Sequence record: PZ445554.1
DNA: 64,000 nucleotides
Reading direction: 5' to 3' (one strand)
Origin: a phage
Part shown: positions 19,265-29,042 of the stretch, in pieces
Layout of the letters: the number at the start of each line of letters is the position of its first letter
Numbering within the stretch: the first letter of the stretch is position 1
The notes under the pieces: generated by a model
Told to the model about the DNA's origin: nothing
Seen by the model: only the letters and a program-made list of their open reading frames with translations
The model's database searches: none
Translations under genes and position numbers: made by a program

Positions 19265-20190
19265 TTCAATACCTCAATAGCATTACGTAAACCATTTGCT
19301 TTTGCATTAAGAGCTTTTAACAATTTGGTGTGTTCTTCAATTTGGGCTTCAACTTCAATCAAACGAGCATTGAGATATTCACGTTCTTCGCTCAAGTTAT
19401 CAACCTTTTCTACTTTAGGTTCTTTTACAACTGGCTTATACGTATTAGGGTTCTTCAGTTTAATTAGAATGCGTGAACTGTATAACATTGAACCATTATC
19501 TTCGGTTTCATCATGCATTTCTACTACGTCCATGATTTTTAACATCATGCGAAGTTTATAAGACAACGAACGAATAGTTTTGTTGTGCTTATTAATTTCT
19601 CTAGCTGTCATGGTGCCGAGATTACGTGAGTAATAATAAGGAACCTGGATATTAATTAATACTGATGAACCACCTGGCTTGTGTGTTACTTCATCAGCAA
19701 TAACCCAGTCCTTAACATGAACTGTATTTGTACGGTCATCGCCCATGGTAAACAGTTTGCGAGCATGCTTAAAAAGCATATTCACTTGAGTATTGAATTG
19801 ACAAGCAAATTTATCAGCAAATTTAGTTTCAGGAATGGTAGATAACCAATCAGCCAAATGGGTCTTTTTAACATCGTTAATAATAGTAAATTCAACCAAA
19901 TCGGTTATAGATGTCGCAGATTTAATGAAGCTCGGCTTCATAAAGTTTTTAATGTTATCGCGAGCTACAGTAGAAGATAACATACGAGAACGTTTAAACC
20001 ATTCAAGCAAATTGCCTAACGAATGAGAATAAGCGTTTTGAGTATCTTTACAGATATGATTTTCCTGGCCAACATATTGAAGGAAATCACGAAGAATATT
20101 ATTGATTACTGCTCTGTGCCCGATCTGATAATTACGGTGTTTAGTAATAAGACTGTCAAAATAATCAATATAATGTTTACGAGTTTTCAT
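19261..20190 (-). CDS. Hypothetical protein, member 1 of a tandem paralog family with C-terminal coiled coil
   Basis: 309 aa; shares a KIMDVVEMH-type block and a heptad-rich C-terminal helix with the next two ORFs. Confidence 0.55.
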   Translation of the reverse strand: MKTRKHYIDYFDSLITKHRNYQIGHRAVINNILRDFLQYVGQENHICKDTQNAYSHSLGNLLEWFKRSRMLSSTVARDNIKNFMKPSFIKSATSITDLVEFTIINDVKKTHLADWLSTIPETKFADKFACQFNTQVNMLFKHARKLFTMGDDRTNTVHVKDWVIADEVTHKPGGSSVLINIQVPYYYSRNLGTMTAREINKHNKTIRSLSYKLRMMLKIMDVVEMHDETEDNGSMLYSSRILIKLKNPNTYKPVVKEPKVEKVDNLSEEREYLNARLIEVEAQIEEHTKLLKALNAKANGLRNAIEVLK

Positions 20191-20242
20191 GTTCTTCTCA
20201 CTTGGTTAATGGTTTATACTCCGAGCCATCCTTGGCTTTAAA

Positions 20243-21244
20243 TTACTTAATTAACTGTAAAGCTTGTTCAAGACGATCCAGGCGATTAACAGATTCTTCC
20301 CAAATCCTTTTAGCCTGCTCATATTCTTTCTGTGCTTTATTAGAAATTTCTAGAACTTCTTTATAAGCTTTTTCTAGTGCAATAACTTCTGGACGAATTT
20401 CTATCGGTTCAGGTGAATCGTCAAGACATTCCATTAGTTCCTCAAGGGTAGTTTCTTCTTTAGGAGTATTCACAATTTCATCACATTTTTGTTGGTAAAT
20501 TTCTTTATCAGTCGGTGAGTACGCACACTTTACTTCACGAAGACTAACTACAATTTTATATCCTTCCCAACCGCATATATTCTTAAAAGGATAAGTATGA
20601 ATATTTTCTACTGTTTCCATACAAAGTAATGCAGTCTCTAACTGACGAGTTATATCACTAGCAATTGAGAAAAATTTATTAATGTTCTTTTGATTAGCTT
20701 CTGGTGTAAAAAATTCATAATTCACAAAAATAGCTACTTTATTTTTATCAAGTTCATATTCTTTTATGATAATCATATCAGAAGCCAAAGGATGAATTTG
20801 ACGATAATCGCCATAGCATAATTTAGAAGCTGATTTCAAAATTTGCTTCTTGAAAAGTCTAAAATTACTAACCCAACGACGAGTAAAAATATTCTCAGGG
20901 TCTTCTTTAATATTAAGATGATAAGAATTAACATCACCGAACCAATTGTATCCTACTACATCTTTAGTTCGTTTAATTTCTTTCCCAAATTTACTAAGAA
21001 TATCTTGATTAACTAAATATGAAAGAAGACGAGACCCTTTAAAGGTTTCCTTAATATCATCTTTATCTGCACGACTAGAAATTTTATGAACTTCATGAAT
21101 AAATTTGCTGGAAGAAACAATACTTGCATCAGTATTATTGAGCCATTGATTGATAATGGAAATAACGCTATTCTGACTAGACATAGGTTTAACTTTATCA
21201 TCAATAACGCTATTGAATGATTTGATATATTCGTTACGAGTCAT
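20243..21244 (-). CDS. Hypothetical protein, paralog family member 2
   Basis: Start at Met MTRNEYIKSF with GAGGAG RBS and an early promoter immediately upstream; C-terminal coiled coil. Confidence 0.55.
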   Translation of the reverse strand: MTRNEYIKSFNSVIDDKVKPMSSQNSVISIINQWLNNTDASIVSSSKFIHEVHKISSRADKDDIKETFKGSRLLSYLVNQDILSKFGKEIKRTKDVVGYNWFGDVNSYHLNIKEDPENIFTRRWVSNFRLFKKQILKSASKLCYGDYRQIHPLASDMIIIKEYELDKNKVAIFVNYEFFTPEANQKNINKFFSIASDITRQLETALLCMETVENIHTYPFKNICGWEGYKIVVSLREVKCAYSPTDKEIYQQKCDEIVNTPKEETTLEELMECLDDSPEPIEIRPEVIALEKAYKEVLEISNKAQKEYEQAKRIWEESVNRLDRLEQALQLIK

Positions 21245-21272
21245 ATTAATCTCCTCAGTAGAAAGTAAGAAC

Positions 21273-21302
21273 ATTATACCACATCCTTGTGGCAAAGTAA
21301 AC
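21273..21302 (-). promoter_or_regulatory. Early promoter (GTTTAC / TGGTATAAT)
   Basis: Minus strand GTTTAC-N18-TATAAT with TG extension, upstream of ORF 20243-21244. Confidence 0.6.
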
Positions 21303-22321
21303 TAGTTCAGTGCATTTAGTGCATTATTCAGTTTAGAACGTTGCTTTGCCAGATTTTGAACCCTTGACTGAGCTTGTTCTAACACCTTTTCAGCTTCTAG
21401 CACTTCATTGGTCGCTTTAACGAGTTCATCATCTACTGCCTTGATAGACTTCTCAATCGCATCCGCGTGCCATTTTTCAACGGGTTTAAGACTCGGATTT
21501 TCAACAGGAAGAAAATTCACTTTATTGAATTTCCATGCATCTTTATTACCTGAACTATACATCCAAAATTTAGGATCGTTTGATGAGTAATTAGATAAAT
21601 TTAAGTTATCTTGCACTTCTTGCTTTTTCTCTTGCGGGACTTCGTCCTTTCTCAAAAAATCGTATTTAAATGAAACGACCATATCAAGTTCATATGTTGT
21701 TGTATGTTCCCAATTTCGCTCAAAACGAGGTAAAATCTTAGAATGAACAGCGGCAACAACATCCATATACTTAAATGCTTCTGTCAACTGCGATTTAAGG
21801 CATTCACAAATTGAAAGAGAATTTTTTGTATTAGGTTTAAAGCTAATTCGCGCAGTTCTATTATTTTCTTTTAATGGTCTTACTTCCATCTGAAGAGTAT
21901 AACCATCAAATTTCAGGTTCTTTAAGTTAATGTCAGAACCTTTTAATCGACTAGCCGTCGACAAAATTTGCTTTAATTGTTTACGGAATAGAGCAATAAA
22001 TCTCCATTCAATACGATAATGATTTGGATTGAAAAATCCAGATGATAAATCGACCTTACTCTGACCAACACCTTGAACAAATAGAGGATTTTTATAATCA
22101 ATAGTTTTACAGAAATCGGTGAGCTGCTCACGAGCAGTCATTTGTGTAATATACCCCGCTTTACTAAAATGACGTAATAATTCACTGCTATTTAGATATT
22201 TAAAGTGAATAGCACGATTAACTTTATCAGGGTCTAAATTATTTTCACACAAAAATGTCATAACATTACGAGTATCGCTGCCAGTACGAACCATATCTTC
22301 AATTTGAGAACGAGTTTTCAT
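21302..22321 (-). CDS. Hypothetical protein, paralog family member 3
   Basis: 339 aa; KYMDVVAAVH block; C-terminal coiled coil. Confidence 0.55.
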   Translation of the reverse strand: MKTRSQIEDMVRTGSDTRNVMTFLCENNLDPDKVNRAIHFKYLNSSELLRHFSKAGYITQMTAREQLTDFCKTIDYKNPLFVQGVGQSKVDLSSGFFNPNHYRIEWRFIALFRKQLKQILSTASRLKGSDINLKNLKFDGYTLQMEVRPLKENNRTARISFKPNTKNSLSICECLKSQLTEAFKYMDVVAAVHSKILPRFERNWEHTTTYELDMVVSFKYDFLRKDEVPQEKKQEVQDNLNLSNYSSNDPKFWMYSSGNKDAWKFNKVNFLPVENPSLKPVEKWHADAIEKSIKAVDDELVKATNEVLEAEKVLEQAQSRVQNLAKQRSKLNNALNALN

Positions 22322-22329
22322 GGTGTTCC

Positions 22330-23217
22330 TTAAGATTTAAGTAAATCAACAATTTTAATTAACTTTTCACGCTCAGATTTAGCTTTACTACTCAGTCCAG
22401 ATAGTCTGAAAATTTCATCATCATATTGTTGAATAGAAATATTCAGCTCTTCAATCTGTTTATTAAAATAATCAATTTGTTCAGAATGTTTTTCGTTACT
22501 ACGAAATGGTACAGGTTTTGTAGGCAATTTAGTTGAATTGGATTCATCCGGGCGATAAATTAAAATACAACTTGAACCAATCGGACATTTAGCACCAGAT
22601 GAATATTCTAACGTTCCAGCTTCTTTTAAAACTTCAAAAGCTAAACAGAGATGATGCCCCATATTGACATAATCTGTAGAGCGAGCTCTGATATAATAAT
22701 CATCGCCGCGAATACTAAATTTAAAGCATTTAAGGTCTTCTGTATTATTGGTCTTAAAAATCATTTGTTTATCTAGACCTTTAGCTAATCGAGCGCCTAA
22801 TGCTAATAATCGTCGTTGATTTTCCCACAAATCCGCAATCATTTGATCGAATGATAATTTCGGCATTAGTCGACCATAAAGGTCATATCCTTTATTATAA
22901 TTGCGAAGGATTTCACTCGCATTAATACGAGACAACGCTCCAATTTTATTAAGGGCTTTCATGATGCGATTAGATAAACCCATTCCAGACCCGTTTGTTC
23001 GTTGTAAATGTTTATCTAATCCAAACCCAATATCAACTTTAAATTTATCTAAAATTTCAGCATGAACATCTCTGTCAATAACATTCAAATCCAAAGTTGG
23101 GTTAAATCTATGAAAAAATTTATCTGGCTCTCCACGACGAAGTACAGTCCATTCATTTAATTTTTTATTAACTAAAGATTTAATTACTGCGTTGACATTA
23201 TTAATTACTACTGACAT
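22330..23217 (-). CDS. Hypothetical protein with C-terminal coiled coil (possible 4th family member)
   Basis: Start at ATG MSVVINN (track start is TTG); similar size and C-terminal helix, family membership less clear. Confidence 0.5.
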   Translation of the reverse strand: MSVVINNVNAVIKSLVNKKLNEWTVLRRGEPDKFFHRFNPTLDLNVIDRDVHAEILDKFKVDIGFGLDKHLQRTNGSGMGLSNRIMKALNKIGALSRINASEILRNYNKGYDLYGRLMPKLSFDQMIADLWENQRRLLALGARLAKGLDKQMIFKTNNTEDLKCFKFSIRGDDYYIRARSTDYVNMGHHLCLAFEVLKEAGTLEYSSGAKCPIGSSCILIYRPDESNSTKLPTKPVPFRSNEKHSEQIDYFNKQIEELNISIQQYDDEIFRLSGLSSKAKSEREKLIKIVDLLKS

Positions 23218-23228
23218 ATTTTCCTCAC

Positions 23229-23633
23229 TCAATTTTCAATTTTACTAAATACACAGAATATGATGGAAAAGACTATATAAGCACCGCATACAGATTGAAC
23301 TAATACCATTCCAAAGAACCAAACAATATTATCAAACAGTGTCTGTTTTACGTCGAAAGGACGTAAACTTACAGTAATATTATCACCTTTTTCTATTGAA
23401 GAATACATCTCTGGTGAAATATATTCGCTAAATCTATAACCGTCTTTGAGTTCATATACGGCAATAAACGATAAACTAGACCCCTTTCCTTGAGTTCCTG
23501 TAAGGGTATTAACTACAGTAACATCATAATCTTTATAATGCATATAATCATTAATTGCGTAATAACCATATGCAACTACTACACATAAACAGCATATCAA
23601 TAAATTCAATCTTTTAATTATCAACTGTTTCAT
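23229..23633 (-). CDS. Membrane protein (N- and C-terminal hydrophobic segments)
   Basis: 134 aa, two predicted transmembrane helices. Confidence 0.5.
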   Translation of the reverse strand: MKQLIIKRLNLLICCLCVVVAYGYYAINDYMHYKDYDVTVVNTLTGTQGKGSSLSFIAVYELKDGYRFSEYISPEMYSSIEKGDNITVSLRPFDVKQTLFDNIVWFFGMVLVQSVCGAYIVFSIIFCVFSKIEN

Positions 23634-23691
23634 AATAATAATCTCAATTAAAAGGGCTTAGAACCATTATACCATCCTTGGTATAAAGCGG

Positions 23692-24219
23692 TTATGCGAG
23701 TACCGTCTTTAACCGTTCTTCAAACTTCCGAAGAGTATTTTGGCGTTCAGCTCTTTGCTTTTTGTAAGTTTCAATACGCTCTGAAATGAGATTGTATCGT
23801 TCATTTACTGATTCTTTCATAAAATCAGGAATTTCACGAGAAGCTTTAATCTCGTCAAATTTATCAATAACAGCTTGCTCTTCAGCAATTAAGTTATCAT
23901 ACATCAAAATATCTTTCTTGATGAACTCAATATCTTCTTGAGTTACACGAGATAATTTAGATGCTTTATCCTTTTTGTACTGTTCGTTAGTATCACGAGA
24001 CCAGTGTAATGTACGATTTTTATTCGTATTCTTGTAAATTTCTACAATACCAATCTCATCGATAATAACGATCCAATTCCAACGGGATTTGTAAATTTGT
24101 CCTCCATCAACCGTGATTTCACCTCCGATTGAGATGTCATTAAAGAACTTGCTTTGTGCTTCAGATTTAAATTTACCATCGTTGTAATTTACCAGGTTGA
24201 AAATATCTTTAGCGTTCAT
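23692..24219 (-). CDS. Hypothetical protein with C-terminal coiled coil
   Basis: 175 aa; early-promoter cassette directly upstream. Confidence 0.5.
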   Translation of the reverse strand: MNAKDIFNLVNYNDGKFKSEAQSKFFNDISIGGEITVDGGQIYKSRWNWIVIIDEIGIVEIYKNTNKNRTLHWSRDTNEQYKKDKASKLSRVTQEDIEFIKKDILMYDNLIAEEQAVIDKFDEIKASREIPDFMKESVNERYNLISERIETYKKQRAERQNTLRKFEERLKTVLA

Positions 24220-24247
24220 TTTGTGTTCCTCCGTAGTTGATAGTTGT

Positions 24248-24277
24248 ATAGTACCACAGAGGAACAGTCTTGTAAAC
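24248..24277 (-). promoter_or_regulatory. Early promoter cassette
   Basis: GTTTAC-N18-TACTAT plus conserved initial transcribed block ACAACTATCAAC. Confidence 0.6.
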
Positions 24278-24279
24278 CA

Positions 24280-24582
24280 CTAAAAGAAACTTCTTTCACA
24301 ATTTTTTCCACTGAACCACGCGCTCACTGCTTTCTTAGTCTCAGGAGCAGTGTTATCCATAAACCATTCAAAGGCAGCCTTTTTATGATTCTGGAGGGCT
24401 TCTCGGGCTTTAATCTGCTCACGGTCTATTAACACTAACATATGAGCCTTTCTTGTCACCAAGGGCTTCTTATGATTCTTGGAGTATTCCCAGTCATTTG
24501 TCCAACGCATTGTCGTTGCGAACTGATGAACCGCGTCTTTAATTTTAGTTTCGTAAATTTCACGAGCCTTTGAGTATAACAT
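24280..24582 (-). CDS. Hypothetical protein
   Basis: Start at second ATG, which has a GGAGG RBS. Confidence 0.45.
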   Translation of the reverse strand: MLYSKAREIYETKIKDAVHQFATTMRWTNDWEYSKNHKKPLVTRKAHMLVLIDREQIKAREALQNHKKAAFEWFMDNTAPETKKAVSAWFSGKNCERSFF

Positions 24583-24683
24583 CACTACCTCCATTTACCA
24601 GTTTAATTCTAATCATCTTTTTGATGGCAGTCCATATAATCTATTTCTGAACTGCCTTTTTGTCATAGAAGGCCTCTTATGAA

Positions 24684-25652
24684 TTATTTCAGAAGAGTAA
24701 CCTCAGCAATTTCTTCCCAACCGTTTTTGTCGGTCATAATAAAGTCAGCAAGATAAAGTGCAGTACGCAGTGAAACATTGCGTAAACGATTAACATTGAC
24801 TTTCATCCATGATAATGCTTTATAAGTTTCTTCATCAGAAAGACCGCGCTTTTGCATCATGTCAGTTGAAAGAATAACATCTTCAACCCTGACCATAATT
24901 TCTTCATTAGTGTGAACACCCAAATCCAAATAAACTGAGCGGGACACTAATGCTTGTAAATGTGGAGCAAGTTTAGTACCACGGTCTAATTCGCGGTCAA
25001 TATCAACGTTTGTGATAAAAACAATTGTTCCTTTAAATTCAAACTCACGGTCAATGCCTTTTTCTTCTAAGTAAGAAGATGCAGTACTCCAGCAGACTTT
25101 ACGGGTCTCTCCAGTGTCCAGAGCAGCTTTCAGAAGATTAAGAATGTCCATATCAGAGAAAACATCCACATCATCAATCAAAAGGACAGAATTCTCTTCA
25201 CGATTATTCCAAAGCTGCTCATAAAGACCGATACCAGAGATTTTACCATTAATGCTTTTATACTCAATGTATCCAATATCATTTGCTTTATTTAAAGCTT
25301 TATCTAAAGAATACGTTTTACCAATACCCGCCGCACCAGAGATAATTAATGAACGAATGTTTCCGTTAATAATACCATTCGTCATCATTCCCATAACATT
25401 AAATCTTTTATTAATGCGGGTTTTCATATCTTCATATGATTCTTTAACTTCTTCAACTTTTACGCCATCATATGAAATGTCTGATTTGTAAACCCAAACA
25501 CCGCGACGTTTACCGTCAATTTCAACAAAAACTTTACCATCTCCTTGTGCATCTACCGGAGCATTATCTGGGAACCATTCGCCTAAGAGCTCAAAAGTTC
25601 CAGAGATTTCTTTACCGAAGTAGATACCCTTATTGATAGTTACAGTTTTCAT
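24684..25652 (-). CDS. P-loop ATPase (AAA-like) with N-terminal extra domain
   Basis: Walker A GAAGIGKT and Walker B LLIDDVD; start at first ATG with GGAGA RBS; early promoter upstream. Confidence 0.6.
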   Translation of the reverse strand: MKTVTINKGIYFGKEISGTFELLGEWFPDNAPVDAQGDGKVFVEIDGKRRGVWVYKSDISYDGVKVEEVKESYEDMKTRINKRFNVMGMMTNGIINGNIRSLIISGAAGIGKTYSLDKALNKANDIGYIEYKSINGKISGIGLYEQLWNNREENSVLLIDDVDVFSDMDILNLLKAALDTGETRKVCWSTASSYLEEKGIDREFEFKGTIVFITNVDIDRELDRGTKLAPHLQALVSRSVYLDLGVHTNEEIMVRVEDVILSTDMMQKRGLSDEETYKALSWMKVNVNRLRNVSLRTALYLADFIMTDKNGWEEIAEVTLLK

Positions 25653-25686
25653 TTTATTCTCCAAATCCGTATCAGTTGATAGTTGT

Positions 25687-25716
25687 ATAGTACCATAAAG
25701 CTTTATGCTTGTAAAC
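25687..25716 (-). promoter_or_regulatory. Early promoter cassette
   Basis: Same 45-bp cassette; between nucleotidyltransferase and ATPase ORFs. Confidence 0.6.
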
Positions 25717-25746
25717 CGTTTTGTGAAAAATTTTTGAAATAAAAAA

Positions 25747-25764
25747 GGGAGCCCGAAGGCTCCC
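25747..25764 (-). terminator. Stem-loop (UUCG tetraloop) upstream of the nucleotidyltransferase ORF end
   Basis: GGGAGCC-UUCG-GGCUCCC followed by a U-run on the minus strand. Confidence 0.6.
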
Positions 25765-25766
25765 TA

Positions 25767-26780
25767 TCATTTATAATAACTTCGGTGGTTTTCAAGATAG
25801 ACCTTCTCAAGGAAGTCATCCCAGAAACCCATGTCTACTTTTTGCTGCATACCGTTCTTAGAAGCTTCAGTAGATGCTGCTTCTACTTGATCGACCACAT
25901 CTTCCAAAAACTCTTGAACTGTTTTAAATGGATGCTTACCCAACTTCACGTCGAGAATAAATGGAGCATCTTGGAGTGGATAAACCAAGTCACCGGTTTT
26001 GTAAATTTCCAATAGTTGAAGTCCACCACGACAAGCATGGCTCAGAGCTTTCCAGTCAATACCTTCATTGGCTTCGGCCTTACGAGCACGTTCACCATAT
26101 TCAGCATCTAATTTGTTCAGTGACTGCTTAAGCTCAATAAGAGAAAGAGTTGTCTGATATTTACGACCCAACACAGTGTAGAACGTTTGTGGGCCTGTTT
26201 TCTCATGATTATAGAACACCCATTCACAGAATTCGTTTTCTGGAAGACGATGCTTAATATCTTCAACTTTAGTACGACGCTGCTTAATGGAACCGTCTTC
26301 TTGGTAATCAACCCATTGCTCAGGGATTTGATTAACTACTTTCAATACATCACGTAATGCAGCCAAACGAGAACCCTTGACACCGTATTTAGAAGCTTGC
26401 TTACGGACATATCCTAAATAGGATTTCATGTTAGTCGTATAAAAACGAGAACGGTTGTCTTGAATAAACTTCCACACGTCAGGCAAATCAGATTTAACCA
26501 CTAGCTCAGGTGGAGTGTGAAGCATATCCAATGCTACAGTTTCACCATCTGCTGCTAATTTAAAGAAATATTTAAGACTGTATAGTTCATGGTCAATATC
26601 ATCTTTAGTGTTTTTAGATGATGTGTTGTTAGTGTTTTTACTCATGTGCTCTTTGACATTTCCGATAAGAATATCGCGAGCAGGAGGAACAAAGATTTCT
26701 TTAAAATCTATATCAGATTCTGGGGTAGAAGTTCCATAAAGATGACTACCAAAATAGCTTTTCATTACTGTTTTCATCAT
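25767..26780 (-). CDS. Predicted nucleotidyltransferase (Pol-beta superfamily fold)
   Basis: N-terminal FGSHLYGTSTPESDIDF, i.e. G-S, ten residues, D-x-D, the signature of minimal nucleotidyltransferases; 337 aa. Confidence 0.55.
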   Translation of the reverse strand: MMKTVMKSYFGSHLYGTSTPESDIDFKEIFVPPARDILIGNVKEHMSKNTNNTSSKNTKDDIDHELYSLKYFFKLAADGETVALDMLHTPPELVVKSDLPDVWKFIQDNRSRFYTTNMKSYLGYVRKQASKYGVKGSRLAALRDVLKVVNQIPEQWVDYQEDGSIKQRRTKVEDIKHRLPENEFCEWVFYNHEKTGPQTFYTVLGRKYQTTLSLIELKQSLNKLDAEYGERARKAEANEGIDWKALSHACRGGLQLLEIYKTGDLVYPLQDAPFILDVKLGKHPFKTVQEFLEDVVDQVEAASTEASKNGMQQKVDMGFWDDFLEKVYLENHRSYYK

Positions 26781-27238
26781 TCAGCCTTATATTCAATAAC
26801 AGGACATACTTTAGCTTTACGAGCTTTTAAAAATTCAACGATAACCGATTTCTTGGGTTGAATAGGAGGTAAACCTTTATACGCCCTATCAATATTTTCT
26901 ACGTGTAAAGCATAATCCTTTTTCCATTTATAATCTTTATATTTTTCACGCAAATGTGCAGGAATAACAAATGAACCAATAATAAGTAAAACAACCAAAA
27001 GCGCAAGTATAAATGCCGATGGAAGAAGAGTCCATAAACTACCAAAAATAAGCCAGCGCTGTAAACTTTCTGCACAAATAATTGTTAGCCCTACGAGTAT
27101 AGCACACCCAAAAATAGAAACGAAAAATGTAGGGATAACAATAGACCAAAAATATGCGCATAGTGTCTTAGGTCGTTGCCATTCATCGTTAAACAATTTG
27201 AATAATTTATAATGCCAAGAGTTTTCATTAATAATCAT
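26777..27238 (-). CDS. Integral membrane protein
   Basis: 153 aa with about three hydrophobic helices. Confidence 0.5.
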   Translation of the reverse strand: MIINENSWHYKLFKLFNDEWQRPKTLCAYFWSIVIPTFFVSIFGCAILVGLTIICAESLQRWLIFGSLWTLLPSAFILALLVVLLIIGSFVIPAHLREKYKDYKWKKDYALHVENIDRAYKGLPPIQPKKSVIVEFLKARKAKVCPVIEYKAE

Positions 27239-27240
27239 AA

Positions 27241-27762
27241 TTATCCTTTCATTGAAGGTGTAACAGTTGTTAAATACTTAATCATAGCTTCAGCTTCTGA
27301 TTTTGATAATGAAATTTCTCCATTGTTTTGACGAATAGAAATAAAATCCGGATGACGGTCACCACCAGCTTTTAAAACACACATATAAGTATCAACTTCG
27401 CCTTCAATATTTGAAATGATTGAAGCAGTTCCACATGAATGCGGTTTTTGATAAATCAATACAGCTTTTCTTCCGCCATTTGACTGCTCATAGGCTTTTA
27501 ATACATCAAGCAAATCAGTTCTTTTATCAATAGCTAAAATGTTATTTTCATCTTCAATGTTAAATCCTTCAGATACTTCATAAAGCGTTACCCATAAATC
27601 ACCAATGTCAATAACAGCATTTACTTTTCCACGGCTTTCAAGAGTATGACAAATTTTCTTGATTTCGTCATAACTCATTTTAATAATATCATCTCCTTGA
27701 CTAAGGAAGATGTCATTTTTAAATTCAACACGAATTAAACCACTTCCACTTGAAATAAACAT
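27241..27762 (-). CDS. Hypothetical protein (paralog of next ORF)
   Basis: 173 aa; C-terminus EAEAMIKYLTTVTPSMKG resembles that of the 181-aa neighbour. Confidence 0.5.
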   Translation of the reverse strand: MFISSGSGLIRVEFKNDIFLSQGDDIIKMSYDEIKKICHTLESRGKVNAVIDIGDLWVTLYEVSEGFNIEDENNILAIDKRTDLLDVLKAYEQSNGGRKAVLIYQKPHSCGTASIISNIEGEVDTYMCVLKAGGDRHPDFISIRQNNGEISLSKSEAEAMIKYLTTVTPSMKG

Positions 27763-27768
27763 ATTTCC

Positions 27769-28314
27769 TCACTTTGAAATCATAGTTGGAATAACAGAAT
27801 CAAGATAAGTCTTTAACGCAATAGCTTCATCTTTGTTTAATGTAATGATATGTGATCGAAAATCGTCAATTTGACGAATAGATACTACATCTCCCTCTTC
27901 ATAGCATTTTGACACATTTAAAATAGTTTCATCATTCTGATTATAGGAGTTAGTAATAATAGCATTGCAATTTTTGAGCCATTTTAAACTATGTTTTCTT
28001 TCATTAGAATAATAAAAATATTTAATCTTAGCTATAAAACTATCCCAATGGATAACTGATAAACACATTGACTCACTTTTAATATTAAATCCTGGGCATG
28101 AAGAATAAAAATGAATTTTGTGCTCATCATTGATGCTTACTATTTTATCAGTATAAGGATATTCAATTTGGGTTAAATGAATAATTTCACTAGGTGTAAA
28201 ATACAGCATATCGTCTTCTTGCGTCAAACGATACATATTATTTACTTTTTCTATAGCCAATTCACCAAAAAGTGGACTAACTTCTAATACTAATCGTTTC
28301 GCCTCGCTCATCAT
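27769..28314 (-). CDS. Hypothetical protein (paralog of previous ORF)
   Basis: 181 aa; C-terminus EAIALKTYLDSVIPTMISK. Confidence 0.5.
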   Translation of the reverse strand: MMSEAKRLVLEVSPLFGELAIEKVNNMYRLTQEDDMLYFTPSEIIHLTQIEYPYTDKIVSINDEHKIHFYSSCPGFNIKSESMCLSVIHWDSFIAKIKYFYYSNERKHSLKWLKNCNAIITNSYNQNDETILNVSKCYEEGDVVSIRQIDDFRSHIITLNKDEAIALKTYLDSVIPTMISK

Positions 28315-28446
28315 TACATACTCCTTTGAATCATATCAATAATATTGTTCACCAGATTATAGGTAAACAAAGGATAATTATATTGAATCATCACATACAC
28401 AACAAACAAAATTTTCATTCTCTTCTCCTCAGCAGTTGACAAGATT

Positions 28447-28476
28447 ACTATACCATAACCTTGCCAACTTGTAAAC
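28447..28476 (-). promoter_or_regulatory. Early promoter cassette
   Basis: GTTTAC-N18-TATAGT with TG extension. Confidence 0.55.
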
Positions 28477-28478
28477 CA

Positions 28479-28652
28479 TTAAATGACGTTTTCGATAAAA
28501 TTCTGAAGCTTTGTATGAGCATCAACCATGATTTTCATTTCTTCTTTGGCGAAAGCTATACCTCTTTCCCGAGAAGAACATTCATAGTCAGAAACTGCAT
28601 TAGCGTATTCTTCAATTAGCTTCATTAAAAACATCTGCTTTTCAGTTTTCAT
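28479..28652 (-). CDS. Small helical protein (57 aa), family member
   Basis: Below track cut-off; MKTEKQMFLMKLIEEY, same pattern as neighbouring 60-aa ORFs. Confidence 0.4.
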   Translation of the reverse strand: MKTEKQMFLMKLIEEYANAVSDYECSSRERGIAFAKEEMKIMVDAHTKLQNFIENVI

Positions 28653-28836
28653 TATTCCACCTAATCATTTCAAGATATTGAACTAACTTAGCTTTAGATT
28701 TATCCAAATCCTTTTTAGCTGCTTCTATACCGTCGTATGAATATCCTTCACAATGCTCAACTGCTAATTGATATGAATCTATTTCAATATCACGTGCTAA
28801 TTTAATGATTTTTTCAAACTGTTCGCGTGTTAGCAT
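28642..28836 (-). CDS. Small helical protein, family member
   Basis: 64 aa; MLTREQFEKIIKL. Confidence 0.5.
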   Translation of the reverse strand: MLTREQFEKIIKLARDIEIDSYQLAVEHCEGYSYDGIEAAKKDLDKSKAKLVQYLEMIRWNNEN

Positions 28837-28838
28837 AC

Positions 28839-29042
28839 TTAAACTCTCGTATTATGATCGATAATTTCATCAAGAAACATATCTAACGCTTCTACAGCAT
28901 TATTAACTTTATCTTCAAGTTCTTCAATACCTTTATTTGCAATGCCTGACGAAAACCAAGCAAAGTCACTAAGTTCCTCATCTGCTTTACGAATTAAAGC
29001 TACCAATTCCTTAATTTTATCCGCTTGTTCGATACTAATCAT
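28839..29042 (-). CDS. Small helical protein, family member
   Basis: Start at internal Met [13 protein letters not shown]; track start is GTG. Confidence 0.45.
   Translation of the reverse strand: MISIEQADKIKELVALIRKADEELSDFAWFSSGIANKGIEELEDKVNNAVEALDMFLDEIIDHNTRV

Noticed and set aside
28314-28418. 34-aa hydrophobic ORF with a strong RBS just downstream of a promoter cassette
   Set aside because: Too short and low-complexity to call with confidence; could be a leader peptide but is not listed as a feature.
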